Positions 17,046 to 26,315 of a stretch of DNA of 64,000 nucleotides are shown here, piece after piece (the first letter of the stretch is position 1; every line of letters begins with the position of its first letter). Below the pieces are notes generated by a model that searched no databases, was not told the DNA's origin, and saw nothing but the letters and a program-made list of their open reading frames with translations. The DNA comes from Alphaproteobacteria bacterium. GTDB lineage: Bacteria; Pseudomonadota; Alphaproteobacteria; GCA-2746255. The translations under genes were made by a program, and so were the position numbers. The stretch is from contig JAGWAR010000003.1 of the NCBI GenBank assembly GCA_021296325.1, positions 5,796-69,795 on the forward strand. Direction: 5' to 3'.

Positions 17046-18842
17046 ATGAACGATCAACTGAACTCCACCCCTGAAAGTCAGGATTTCGGCCAGTTTACGA
17101 AGAATTTGACCCAGATCGCCGAAAAGAGCCAGCGGATCGTACAGGATTTCCTCTCAAAACAGGCCGAACAGAGCGACGGCGCGATGGGCATGCCCACGAA
17201 CGTCGGCACCGCTTTTCTGGAAATGACAAAAGAGATGATGGCGAACCCGGTGAAGGTGTTCGAGGCCCAGATGGAACTTTGGCAGGGCTATCTCGAGCTT
17301 TGGCAGCACGCCACCAACCGCGCCATGGGGATTGAAGCGGCACCGGTTATCGAGCCGGAAGATTCGGATCGCCGCTTTGAGCATCCCGAATGGGACAACA
17401 ACCCGATGTTTGCCTACATCAAGCAATCCTACCTGCTGACGTCGCGCTGGATGCAGTCCCTGCCCTCGAAGGCGGAGAATCTGGATCCGGACGATGCTCG
17501 CAAGGTCGATTTTTACACACGGCAGTTCGTCAACGCGATCGCGCCGAGCAATTTTGTGTTGACCAACCCGGAAGTATTGCAGGCGACGATTGAAAGTCGC
17601 GGCGAAAACCTCGTTCGCGGTTTGCAGAATCTGCTGGAGGACCTGGAAAGCGGAAAAGGCCACCTGCAAATCCTTCAGACGGACCCGGACGCCTTCAAGC
17701 TTGGCAAGAACATCGCCTCAACGCCCGGCAAGGTCGTCTATCAGAGCGATCTGATGCAGCTCATTCAATACGAGCCAACGACAAAGCAGGTGTACAAGCG
17801 GCCCCTTCTGATCATCCCACCGTGGATCAACAAGTATTACATCCTGGATTTGCGTGAAAAGAATTCCTTCGTCCGTTGGGCGCTTGAAAAGGGCCACACG
17901 GTTTTCATGATCTCGTGGGTAAACCCGGACGAAAGATACGCCGACAAGAGTTTCGAGGATTACATGTACGAAGGCCCGCTGGCGGCGCTCGACGCGATCG
18001 AGAAAGCAACCGGCGAGAAGCAGGCCAACGTGGTCGGCTATTGCATTGGCGGAACGCTGCTTGCCTCCACCCTTGCCTATCTTGCCGCAAACAACGACCG
18101 TCGCGTGCACAGTGCAACGTTTCTTACGACGATGGTCGATTTCGAGGAGCCGGGAGAGCTTGCCGTCTTCATCGACGAGGAACAACTCGCCGAGCTTGAA
18201 GAAAAAATGGACAACCGGGGTTACCTGGAAGGCCGTGAAATGGCCACGACCTTCAACATGATGCGCGAGAACGACCTGATCTGGTCTTTCGTCGTCAACA
18301 ACTACCTGCTTGGCAAGGACCCCTTCCCGTTCGACCTGCTTTTCTGGAACTCCGATTCAACGCGCATGCCGGCCAAGATGCACAGCTTCTACCTGCGGCA
18401 CATGTACCTGGAAAACCGGCTTTCCAAGCCGAAGGGAATTACACTCGGCAGCACCCCGATCGATTTGCGCAAGGTCAAGGTGCCGACCTATCTTCTGGCC
18501 TGCCGCGAAGACCACATCGCGCCCTGGAAATCCGTCTATGCAGCCACCCAGCTATATGGCGGGACGAACCGCTTCGTGCTTTCCGCCTCCGGCCACGTGG
18601 CAGGCGTCGTCAATCCGCCCGCGAAGAACAAGTACGGTTTCTGGACATCGGACACCAATCCGGGCACGCCCGAGGCCTGGCTTGCCGGTGCCGAGCAGAA
18701 AGAAGGCTCGTGGTGGCAGGACTGGGCGAAATGGATCGCCGGCCAGGGCGGCAGCAAGGTCGAAGCGCGCCTGCCCGGCAAGGGCGGCCTCAAGCCGATC
18801 GAGGCGGCGCCCGGTTCTTACGTGAAAGTGAGCTCGAGCTGA
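17046..18842 (+). CDS. phaC: Class I poly(3-hydroxyalkanoate) synthase PhaC
   Basis: 598 aa from ATG 17046 (RBS AAGGGA). Lipase-box GYCIGG and conserved ..FVVNNYLLGKDPFPFDLLFWNSDSTRMP.. are present. Confidence 0.85.
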   Translation: MNDQLNSTPESQDFGQFTKNLTQIAEKSQRIVQDFLSKQAEQSDGAMGMPTNVGTAFLEMTKEMMANPVKVFEAQMELWQGYLELWQHATNRAMGIEAAPVIEPEDSDRRFEHPEWDNNPMFAYIKQSYLLTSRWMQSLPSKAENLDPDDARKVDFYTRQFVNAIAPSNFVLTNPEVLQATIESRGENLVRGLQNLLEDLESGKGHLQILQTDPDAFKLGKNIASTPGKVVYQSDLMQLIQYEPTTKQVYKRPLLIIPPWINKYYILDLREKNSFVRWALEKGHTVFMISWVNPDERYADKSFEDYMYEGPLAALDAIEKATGEKQANVVGYCIGGTLLASTLAYLAANNDRRVHSATFLTTMVDFEEPGELAVFIDEEQLAELEEKMDNRGYLEGREMATTFNMMRENDLIWSFVVNNYLLGKDPFPFDLLFWNSDSTRMPAKMHSFYLRHMYLENRLSKPKGITLGSTPIDLRKVKVPTYLLACREDHIAPWKSVYAATQLYGGTNRFVLSASGHVAGVVNPPAKNKYGFWTSDTNPGTPEAWLAGAEQKEGSWWQDWAKWIAGQGGSKVEARLPGKGGLKPIEAAPGSYVKVSSS

Positions 18843-19370
18843 TTATTCTTTAAGCGCCGCCAGGTATTCCGCGCCCAGTTTCGCGTAATGGGCGTTCGTG
18901 TCGGGCAGAAAATCCGCCTCTTCCCTGGTCAGCTTGCGAACACAGCGCGCCGGATAGCCGGCCCATAGCTCGCCCGCCTTCACCCGCTTGCCCATTGTGA
19001 CCAAGGCACCGGCCGCCACCATTGCACCGCTTTCGACGACGACGCCATCCATCAGCTTCGCCCCCATGCCGATGAAGCTGCCGTCCTCCAGCGTGCAGGC
19101 GTGCAGCAGGGCCATATGCCCGATGGTGACGCCGGAGCCGATATAGGTGCCAAGGCCGTTCCGCGTTACGTGGATGACCGTATTGTCCTGGACGTTCGTC
19201 CTTTCACCGATGCGGATTTCGTTCACGTCGCCGCGAATCACGACACCGAACCAGATGCTGGAACGCGCCCCGATCTCGACATCGCCCACGACCGTCGCCG
19301 TGGGCGCGATGAAGGCATCCCCGGCAATCTTCGGCATGCGGTTTTTATAGGGCAGCATGAGTCCGGTCAT
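18843..19370 (-). CDS. Gamma-carbonic-anhydrase-family / hexapeptide-repeat protein
   Basis: Left-handed beta-helix hexapeptide repeats (IGARSSIWFGVVIRGDVNEIRIGERTNVQDNTVIH..). Confidence 0.75.
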   Translation of the reverse strand: MTGLMLPYKNRMPKIAGDAFIAPTATVVGDVEIGARSSIWFGVVIRGDVNEIRIGERTNVQDNTVIHVTRNGLGTYIGSGVTIGHMALLHACTLEDGSFIGMGAKLMDGVVVESGAMVAAGALVTMGKRVKAGELWAGYPARCVRKLTREEADFLPDTNAHYAKLGAEYLAALKE

Positions 19371-19391
19371 GGCCGATCGTTCCAGGCAGCG

Positions 19392-20465
19392 CTATGGGAA
19401 AAGGGGTTCCTGCTCGAGGCCAGTCGCTTCCGGAACACCCGAAACCAGATTGAAATTCTGCACGGCCTGGCCGGAAGCGCCCTTGACCAGATTGTCGAGG
19501 GCCGAGATCAGGATAGCCCGGTCCGGCCGGCGATCCGGGAAAACCCCGATCAAGCAGACATTGGACCCCCGCACGTGGTGCGTGGCGGGTGTCGTTCCGT
19601 CCGGAACCACCCGCACGAAACGCTCGTCCTTGTAGCGCGCTTGCAGCGCCGCCCGCAGATCGTCGGCGTCCGCGTTCGGGCCCAGCCGCACATAGACGGT
19701 CGAAAGGATGCCCCGGTTCATCGGCACGAGATGCGGCGTAAAGGAGACCGTCACCCGCTTTCCCGCCGCCCGGCTCAGGCCCTGCTCGATTTCGGGTACG
19801 TGCCGGTGCCGGCCGACCCCGTAGGCATGGATACCTTCCGCCACCTCGGCAAACAGGCTTTCCTCCTTGAGCGAGCGACCGGCGCCGGTGACACCGGATT
19901 TCGAATCGATGACGATATCGTCGGCCTCGACCAGACCCGCCTCCAGCAGCGGCATCAGGGGCAGCAGGGCCGACGTGGGATAGCAGCCCGGGCACGCAAT
20001 GAGCCTGGCGTTCGGGATGGCCTCGCGAGCAAGCTCGGTAAGCCCGTAGACGGCTTCCTTCTGCAGCGACTTGGCCCGGTGGGGATGCCCGTACCATTCC
20101 GCATAGGTTTCGGGATCCGCCAGCCGGAAGTCGGCGGAGAGGTCGAGAATTTTCAAATGCCCCGGCAACGCCGCCACCGTTTCCTGGGTCTCGCCATGGG
20201 GCAGACAGCAGAAAACGGTATCGATGCCGGAAAAGTCGACGTCCTCAACCCGCACCATGCGCGGCAGGCCGAGGCCGTCCAGATGCGGAAAGACGGTTGC
20301 GACCGACTCGCCGGCCCGGCGGTCGGCCGTCAAGGCAGCCAGCGTTGCGTTTGGATGCCGGACGAGGATGCGAAGCAGTTCGGCGCCCGTATAACCACTG
20401 GCGCCGAGAACGGCGATCCGCATTGCCTCTGCTTTTTTGCTCATGGCCTTCACTCCGGTTGCCAT
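19392..20465 (-). CDS. argC: N-acetyl-gamma-glutamyl-phosphate reductase
   Basis: RIAVLGASGYTGAELLRIL.. and the catalytic GCYPTSALL motif. The true start may be an internal Met (MSKK.. or MRIAVLG..). Confidence 0.85.
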   Translation of the reverse strand: MATGVKAMSKKAEAMRIAVLGASGYTGAELLRILVRHPNATLAALTADRRAGESVATVFPHLDGLGLPRMVRVEDVDFSGIDTVFCCLPHGETQETVAALPGHLKILDLSADFRLADPETYAEWYGHPHRAKSLQKEAVYGLTELAREAIPNARLIACPGCYPTSALLPLMPLLEAGLVEADDIVIDSKSGVTGAGRSLKEESLFAEVAEGIHAYGVGRHRHVPEIEQGLSRAAGKRVTVSFTPHLVPMNRGILSTVYVRLGPNADADDLRAALQARYKDERFVRVVPDGTTPATHHVRGSNVCLIGVFPDRRPDRAILISALDNLVKGASGQAVQNFNLVSGVPEATGLEQEPLFP

Positions 20466-20533
20466 AGGTTATAGCAGAAGATGTCCCTGGAGACCGCTTC
20501 CGCCTTTCCCGAGAGGCAACATAACGAGTCTGC

Positions 20534-20770
20534 CTATTTCCGGTTTTCCCTGATGTACCAGCCTATGAAAACCGGCACCGCAAGGGCCGCCAGAAAGACG
20601 CAGACCACAAGCGGAAGCACCCAAGGAATAAGCGGGGGGCAAACAATCTTTCCCATCGTCCACAAACAGAGCAAATCGTAGATGTAGCTGATCCTGGCCA
20701 GGGAATAGATGCCGAGAATCAAAATACCTATCCCCAGCAGGAAAAGCAGAATCTTGGAAGGATTGCTCAT
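20534..20770 (-). CDS. Possible small two-TM membrane protein (78 aa) in a local low-GC patch
   Basis: MSNPSKILLFLLGIGILILGIYSLARISYIYDLLCLWTMGKIVCPPLIPWVLPLVVCVFLAALAVPVFIGWYIRENRK. Two clear hydrophobic helices. The region 20470-20800 is about 50% GC against about 64% around it. Confidence 0.4.
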   Translation of the reverse strand: MSNPSKILLFLLGIGILILGIYSLARISYIYDLLCLWTMGKIVCPPLIPWVLPLVVCVFLAALAVPVFIGWYIRENRK

Positions 20771-20845
20771 GCTCTGAATTACGTTCGTTGCCGAGTCAGG
20801 TTTCCGTCTTCCTTACCAGCAAACCGCACCGCCAGTTAAAGCAAA

Positions 20846-20865
20846 GGGCGCCCCATGAGGCGCCC
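20846..20865 (-). terminator. Rho-independent terminator of the rplM-rpsI operon
   Basis: GGGCGCC-ccatga-GGCGCCC hairpin 27 nt after the rpsI stop, followed on the minus strand by UUUGCUUU. Confidence 0.55.
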
Positions 20866-20891
20866 CTGCAAGAAAAAGGTTCCTCTGGAAA

Positions 20892-21398
20892 TTAGCGCTT
20901 CGAGAACTGGAAGCTGCGGCGGGCTTTGCGTCTGCCGTACTTTTTGCGTTCAACCGTCCGGCTGTCGCGGGTCAGGTAGCCGCCCTTTTTCAGCACGCCT
21001 CTGAGTTCGGGCTCGAAACGGGTCAGTGCCCGGCTGATACCGTGGCGAACCGCGCCCGCCTGCCCGGAAAGCCCGCCACCTTTTACCGTGCAGGCGATGT
21101 CGTACTGGTCCACACGGTTGGCGGTGACGAAGGGCTGATGCACGATCATGCGCAGCACCGGACGGGCGAAATAGGTCTCGAGTTCCTTGCCGTTGACTTC
21201 GATCTTGCCGGAACCGGGCTTGATCCAGACCCGGGCAACGGCGTCCTTGCGCTTGCCCGTTGCATAGGCCCTGCCCTGGGCGTCCAGCTTCTGCTCATAT
21301 ACGGGCGCGGCGACGACGGCGTCCGGCGGCGTCGCCGCGGACTCGTCCGAGCCTGCCAGTTCGGCCAGATTTTCCAGGGTCTTTTTTTCGTCCGCCAT
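20892..21398 (-). CDS. rpsI: 30S ribosomal protein S9
   Basis: C-terminal ..[19 protein letters not shown]...[17 protein letters not shown]. Extended Ala/Asp-rich N-terminus as in alphaproteobacteria. Confidence 0.9.
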   Translation of the reverse strand: MADEKKTLENLAELAGSDESAATPPDAVVAAPVYEQKLDAQGRAYATGKRKDAVARVWIKPGSGKIEVNGKELETYFARPVLRMIVHQPFVTANRVDQYDIACTVKGGGLSGQAGAVRHGISRALTRFEPELRGVLKKGGYLTRDSRTVERKKYGRRKARRSFQFSKR

Positions 21399-21406
21399 CC
21401 TACGCC

Positions 21407-21868
21407 TTAAGCTCGCTTGTTCTTCGGATTCATCGATGCCACGTCGAGCGCTTCCGGCTTTTGCGCCTCATGAGGATGGGCGCTGCCAGCGTACACGTAG
21501 AGCTTTTTCATCTGCGCGCGTCCAAGCGGCCCTTTCGGGATCATCCGCTGGACCGCCTTCTGGATGACCTGCTCGGGCCGGCCGCCCGAAAGCCGCTCCG
21601 CGAAGCTTTGGTCCTTGATGCCGCCCGGATAGCCCGTGTGCCAGTAGAATTTCCCGTTCTCAAGCTTGCGGCCGGTCAGCCTTACCTTCTCGGCATTGAT
21701 CACGACGATGTTGTCGCCGCAATCGACGTGCGGGGTGTATTGCGGCTTGTGCTTGCCCCGAAGCCGCATGGCCAGCACGCTGGCGAGACGGCCGAGGACG
21801 ACGCCCTCGGCATCCACCACGTACCACTTCTTCGTCACGTCGGTTGCTTTTGCCGAATAGGTTTTCAT
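21407..21868 (-). CDS. rplM: 50S ribosomal protein L13
   Basis: [30 protein letters not shown].. Start placed at the conserved MKTY (track ORF begins 5 codons upstream). Confidence 0.9.
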   Translation of the reverse strand: MKTYSAKATDVTKKWYVVDAEGVVLGRLASVLAMRLRGKHKPQYTPHVDCGDNIVVINAEKVRLTGRKLENGKFYWHTGYPGGIKDQSFAERLSGGRPEQVIQKAVQRMIPKGPLGRAQMKKLYVYAGSAHPHEAQKPEALDVASMNPKNKRA

Positions 21869-22068
21869 GGCTTCGCTTTGCATGCCGCCGACCGGGAATC
21901 CTTTGCCTGAAATCTGGCGGCGGAGTATGCCACGGAAATCCTTACTGTCAACGAAATTTCCTTATATATGAGAGAGATAGTACTGCGGTAATATAGGGTT
22001 CAGGCCCCCGGAACGACCTTGTGCCGGGCCTTCGGTTCGATTATTTCTGTGGCCGGGGAGATTTTTCC

Positions 22069-22470
22069 ATGCGCCGTGGCGGTTTTTTCAAGCTTGGCAG
22101 GACCCTGGCCCTGGCCGCCATGGCCTGGCTTGTCGTCCTGAGCACGGTCCACGTGACTTTGGTGCCAGGCTTTGCCAAGGCGGCCGAGGCGGAAGGCCTG
22201 GCTCTTGCGCTTCAGGAAATCTGCTCCGCCACCGGCCTTCGAAAAAGCAACGACACGCCCTCACCTTCGCCGGCGAAGACAGTTCTGTCGCCCTGCACGC
22301 TTTGCTACGCGCTTGGCCATCTGCCGCTTGGTCTCGCAGGATCCGGCCCGGAAGCAACCTTGCCCTTGGCAAGCGCCGCGCTGCCGACGGCCCGCCTGCA
22401 CCAACGCCCGGCGAACGCCCTGCTTGTCGGTCGACCACCATCCCGCGCGCCGCCTTCTTTGCACGCCTGA
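22069..22470 (+). CDS. Small exported Cys-containing protein (DUF2946-like, uncertain), 133 aa
   Basis: Signal/TM segment LALAAMAWLVVLSTV and a CTLCY motif. Pro/Ala-rich tail. ATG 22069 follows an AT-rich promoter-like stretch (ttatatatgagagagatagtactgcggtaatata). Confidence 0.4.
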   Translation: MRRGGFFKLGRTLALAAMAWLVVLSTVHVTLVPGFAKAAEAEGLALALQEICSATGLRKSNDTPSPSPAKTVLSPCTLCYALGHLPLGLAGSGPEATLPLASAALPTARLHQRPANALLVGRPPSRAPPSLHA

Positions 22471-22542
22471 TCCACGAAAAATTTGGAATCCATTCCGGCC
22501 ACGCCCCGATTGGGCGGCGGCCGTCACAGGAGTTGCAGAGCA

Positions 22543-23604
22543 ATGAGAAGAGCTGCCCTAATCCGGACAGGTGGCCTTGCCCTCGGGCTGATGGCCGGCC
22601 TTGTCACCCATGCCCAGGCCGACACGGCGGCCGCCGTCGAAGCGACGCTGGGCCATAACGGCCTCAACCTTGCCATCAACCAGCGTCCGGACGGGCACGC
22701 GCCCATCTCGGTCATGGGCGATCACCGTCACGGCGAAGGCGAAGTCATGCTTTCCTACCGCTTTATGCACATGAAGATGGAAGGCAACCGGGACGGAACC
22801 GACGACCTTTCGACCCAACAGGTGCTGGCCAATTTTGCCGTCGCGCCGTTACGCATGACGATGGACATGCACATGTTCGGCCTCATGTACGGCGTTAACG
22901 ATGCGATGACGGCCATGGTCATGCTGCCCTATGTCGAAAAATCGATGGACCACGTCACCGGCATGGGCGCGTTCTTCACGACTGAGTCGAAGGGCTTTGG
23001 CGACGTTCGGCTGACCGGCATGGTCCGGCTTTACGAGACCGACCGCCATCGCCTGCACCTGAACGCGGGTGTGAGTCTGCCGACCGGTTCGATCAAGGAA
23101 AAGGACGACACCCCGGCAATGGCAAACGCCCAGCTGCCCTACCCGATGCAAATCGGCTCCGGCACCTACGACCTGCTGCCCGGGCTGATCTACAACGGTT
23201 ATTCGGAAACCTATTCCTGGGGCGCCCAGGTGAGCGGCACCATCCGGCTCGACGAGAACAGCCGGGATTACAGCCTGGGCGACCGGGTCCGGTTTTCGGC
23301 CTGGGGGCAACGCCCCCTCGCCGGCTGGCTGAGCGTGTCCGTGGGTGTCGACTTTCAGGCCTGGGGCGACATCGACGGGGCGGATGCGGCCCTGAACCCC
23401 ATGATGGTGCAGACGGCCGACCCCACCCGCCAGAGCGGCAACCGGACGGATATCACCTTCGGCCTGAACACGATCGTGCGCGAAGGTACGCTGGCTGGAA
23501 ACCGTCTCGCCCTTGAATTCGCGGTGCCGGTCCATCAGGACCTCGATGGACCGCAACTCGAAACCGATTGGACGATCACCTTCGGCTGGCAGCTTGCCTT
23601 CTGA
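22543..23604 (+). CDS. Outer-membrane beta-barrel protein with Met/His-rich N-terminal region (CopB / MetA-pathway transporter-like)
   Basis: RBS ACAGGAG then MRRAALIRTGGLALGLMAGLVTHAQA signal. His/Met motifs (GDHRHGEGEVM, FMHMKMEG, MTMDMHMFGLMYG, KSMDHVTGMG). Alternating amphipathic strands and terminal ..GWQLAF typical of OM barrels. Confidence 0.6.
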   Translation: MRRAALIRTGGLALGLMAGLVTHAQADTAAAVEATLGHNGLNLAINQRPDGHAPISVMGDHRHGEGEVMLSYRFMHMKMEGNRDGTDDLSTQQVLANFAVAPLRMTMDMHMFGLMYGVNDAMTAMVMLPYVEKSMDHVTGMGAFFTTESKGFGDVRLTGMVRLYETDRHRLHLNAGVSLPTGSIKEKDDTPAMANAQLPYPMQIGSGTYDLLPGLIYNGYSETYSWGAQVSGTIRLDENSRDYSLGDRVRFSAWGQRPLAGWLSVSVGVDFQAWGDIDGADAALNPMMVQTADPTRQSGNRTDITFGLNTIVREGTLAGNRLALEFAVPVHQDLDGPQLETDWTITFGWQLAF

Positions 23605-23627
23605 AGAAATTCGGGGCGGGGATCGGC

Positions 23628-23984
23628 CTAGCCGGTCCCCGTTTCCTTCGCAATCCAGTCGAGAAAATCCGGATTGCCCGCCGTCAACGGCCAAGCGACG
23701 ACGCAGGGACAGGTGTAGCTGTGCATTTCCTTCACCCGCCGGATGACGGCGTCGACCTGCGAGCCCTGGGTTTTGGCAATCAGCACCGCTTCGCCTTCGT
23801 CCTTCACTTCCCCTTCCCACCGGTAAAAAGACCGCACCGGCGCGATCACGTTGGCGCAGGCGACCAGCCTTTCCTCGACGAGGGTACGCGCCAGTCCCGC
23901 CGCCTCTTCCGTTGAAGCGGCGGTGATGTAAAGGAAGTGGGGCTTCGCCCCAGCGGCGCTTTCCGCGGCCATTTCATCCCCCAT
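23628..23984 (-). CDS. cutA: Divalent-cation tolerance protein CutA
   Basis: ..HFLYITAASTEEAAGLARTLVEERLVACANVIAPVRSFYRWEGEV..VIRRVKEMHSYTCPCVVAWPL is a CutA1-fold signature. Confidence 0.8.
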   Translation of the reverse strand: MGDEMAAESAAGAKPHFLYITAASTEEAAGLARTLVEERLVACANVIAPVRSFYRWEGEVKDEGEAVLIAKTQGSQVDAVIRRVKEMHSYTCPCVVAWPLTAGNPDFLDWIAKETGTG

Positions 23985-24162
23985 GGTGACACCGGCAATC
24001 TATCCCAGGCCCCGCCACCGGTCACCTTCTCCGCCGGGGCCGGAATGCCAGCCACTGTACCAATTTCCCAAGCTGGGCTATATGAAGGGGCCATTTGCCG
24101 GGGCTTCGGCCCCGAAACGGGTGATTTTGCGCATGCGCGACACGCGACGCGACGAACGGGTA

Positions 24163-25170
24163 ATGAAGATCCTCTTCGTGACATCGACGAGGATCGGCGA
24201 CACCGTCATGACGATGGGGCTATTGTCCCACTTGGCCGAGCAATACCCGAACGCCTCCTTCACGGTTGCCTGCGGGCCACTGTCCGTCCCGCTGTTCCGG
24301 GCATTCCCCAATCTGGAGCAGGTCATCCCCGTCTGGAAACGGCCCTATGATCTTCACTGGATCGAACTGTGGATGCAGTGCGTCACCCGCCATTGGGACC
24401 TGGTTGTGGACATGCGCTCGTCCTTCCTGAGCTGGTGCCTGCCGGCCAGCCAGCGGCGCGTCTACCGGAACCGCCACCGCAGCGAGACGCTGCACAAGGT
24501 CGAGCAGCACGGCCGGGTCCTCGGCCTTCAGAAAACGCCGAATCCGAAAATCTGGACGACCGCGGAAGACCGCGAGCGGGCGAACGAGCTGGTCCCCCAG
24601 GGCAAGCCGGTGCTGGCCTTCGGGCCAACGACAAGCTGGGAGGGCAAGCAGTGGCCGATCCCGCGTTACGTCGAACTCATGCAGCGGCTGATCGCCCCGG
24701 CCGGTATTCTTCCCGGCGCGCGGGTCGCCATTTTCGGCACCACCAAGGAGCGGAGGGTGCTGCAGCCCATGATCGACGCCATTCCGCCGGGGGATTTCAT
24801 CGACATCATCGGCAAGGGCGACCTGCTGACGGCGGCGGCCTGTCTCAAGCGCTGTAATTTCTTTATCGCCAACGATACCGGGCTAATGCATCTGGCGGCG
24901 GCGGTGGGCGTGCCGACGCTTGGGCTTTTTGGGCCAAGCCTCAAGGAAAATTACGCCCCCTGGGGAACCTGCACCGGGGTCGCCGAGACGACCATCCCTG
25001 CGAGGGAACTGATCCGCCAGATCGGCCAGACGAGCGGCACCCTGATGGGCAGCCTGACAGTGGATGCGACCGTGGCGGCAGCCCGTGAGCTGTGGGAACG
25101 CTGCGCGTGCCACCAGCTCATGGATTCACCGCACAAGCCGACCTCCCCCCTGCGCGTCGTCGAAAACTAG
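24163..25170 (+). CDS. Glycosyltransferase family 9 (LPS heptosyltransferase-like)
   Basis: MKILFVTSTRIGDTVMTMGLLSHL.. N-terminus and C-terminal ..NDTGLMHLAAAVGVPTLGLFGPS.. match GT9. ATG 24163 is chosen over the upstream in-frame extension. Confidence 0.75.
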   Translation: MKILFVTSTRIGDTVMTMGLLSHLAEQYPNASFTVACGPLSVPLFRAFPNLEQVIPVWKRPYDLHWIELWMQCVTRHWDLVVDMRSSFLSWCLPASQRRVYRNRHRSETLHKVEQHGRVLGLQKTPNPKIWTTAEDRERANELVPQGKPVLAFGPTTSWEGKQWPIPRYVELMQRLIAPAGILPGARVAIFGTTKERRVLQPMIDAIPPGDFIDIIGKGDLLTAAACLKRCNFFIANDTGLMHLAAAVGVPTLGLFGPSLKENYAPWGTCTGVAETTIPARELIRQIGQTSGTLMGSLTVDATVAAARELWERCACHQLMDSPHKPTSPLRVVEN

Positions 25171-25171
25171 G

Positions 25172-25417
25172 CTAGGCCTCTTCCGCGGCAAGTTCGTGAT
25201 AGAGCCGCTCACCCGCCGGCGTGGCAACGAGAACGGCGCCCGGCCCCTTGTCCCACCCCCGTTCCGAAATGAGCCCTTCCGATTCGAGCTCGGTCAGGAT
25301 GTGAGGCGCATCGAACTGCCGGTTCAGCATGACGGCGGTAATCCCGCGCACCGGTTTCGGCATCGTGCACAAGGCTTCAAGAATACGGAAATGGGTAGTG
25401 TTACGCTGAATCTGCAT
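25172..25417 (-). CDS. Hypothetical small protein (81 aa), possibly winged-helix-like
   Basis: ORF only. Predicted helical N-terminal half (HFRILEALCTMPKPVRGITAVMLNRQFDAPHILTELESEGLI). No confident family. Confidence 0.35.
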   Translation of the reverse strand: MQIQRNTTHFRILEALCTMPKPVRGITAVMLNRQFDAPHILTELESEGLISERGWDKGPGAVLVATPAGERLYHELAAEEA

Positions 25418-25446
25418 ACGCTCCGTCCGGCCCTGAAGAAGGAAGG

Positions 25447-25989
25447 CTAGCGCCCTTCGGATGGCCGTTCCGGTGGGACTGCCGGACGAAGCCGCTCCAG
25501 TTCAAGGCGCTTACGGAAGCATTGTACGAGAGCGTAAAAGGAAAGAAGACCAAAAAGTACGAGGGCCGCGAAGAGAATTTCCCGCTTCCACGCCGCCGCC
25601 AGTTCAAATACGCCCGGCGCCAAGCCGAAGAGCCAGACCGCGGCGGCGGCCGTGCCAAGAAGCCCGATGGCGAGCAGCCCCTGGTAGCGGCGCATGGTCG
25701 TGCCCCAGCGCAGGCGCTCGGGTACGCCGAGCACGACGTGGGTAAGCTCGGAACGGTTGCGGTGGCGCTTGCCCTCGTCCGGCCACGGCTCCACCGTCTT
25801 GTCCCACCAGACGATGGGAATATTGGCATCGCGCAACTGCATGCGCAGCGTGAGTTCGGAGTGGGATTCGATCGCGCTTGTCAGGAGGGCGAGGCGCCGG
25901 TTCAGGTGCAGAATGCGACAGGTGAGCAATACCAACGCGACTGCGCCGAGTGCAGCCAACATCGCAACCCAAAGCGGAATGGAATCCAT
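25447..25989 (-). CDS. Hypothetical membrane protein (180 aa, ~3 TM segments)
   Basis: Hydrophobic segments at the N-terminus, around residue 104-126 and 138-158. Co-directional with the 81-aa ORF. No family assigned. Confidence 0.4.
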   Translation of the reverse strand: MDSIPLWVAMLAALGAVALVLLTCRILHLNRRLALLTSAIESHSELTLRMQLRDANIPIVWWDKTVEPWPDEGKRHRNRSELTHVVLGVPERLRWGTTMRRYQGLLAIGLLGTAAAAVWLFGLAPGVFELAAAWKREILFAALVLFGLLSFYALVQCFRKRLELERLRPAVPPERPSEGR

Positions 25990-26177
25990 CGCTCTTCTTT
26001 CAGAAACCGGCCTGTTTCACGGGGTCTTCGCATCAAAGATTACCCAGAGCTTTATGGAAAAGAAAGCGTTGCGAACATGCCGGCGCACCTGAATTCGGGT
26101 GTTAACCATACATTCCGGCACGAAACCGTCAGATCGGAAAAACGGGCTTGGCCGGCCCGCCAAGCCCCGTCGGAAAA

Positions 26178-26254
26178 TGGTCGGAGCGGCGGGATTTGAA
26201 CCCACGACCCCCACACCCCCAGTGTGATGCGCTACCAGGCTGCGCTACGCTCCG
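26178..26254 (-). tRNA. tRNA-Pro (anticodon probably GGG)
   Basis: Minus strand CGGAGCGTAGCGCAGCCTGGTAGCGCATCACACTGGGGGTGTGGGGGTCGTGGGTTCAAATCCCGCCGCTCCGACCA. 7-bp acceptor CGGAGCG/CGCTCCG, T-loop TTCAAAT, anticodon loop CUGGGGG, encoded CCA. Confidence 0.8.
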
Positions 26255-26315
26255 TCCATCAGAAATCGCCGCGCACTATAGGGACGTGCCCGGATCTTCG
26301 CAACGGATGGGACGC

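Noticed and set aside
19101-20474. 457-aa plus-strand ORF
   Set aside because: Antisense to argC and the gamma-CA gene; shadow ORF.
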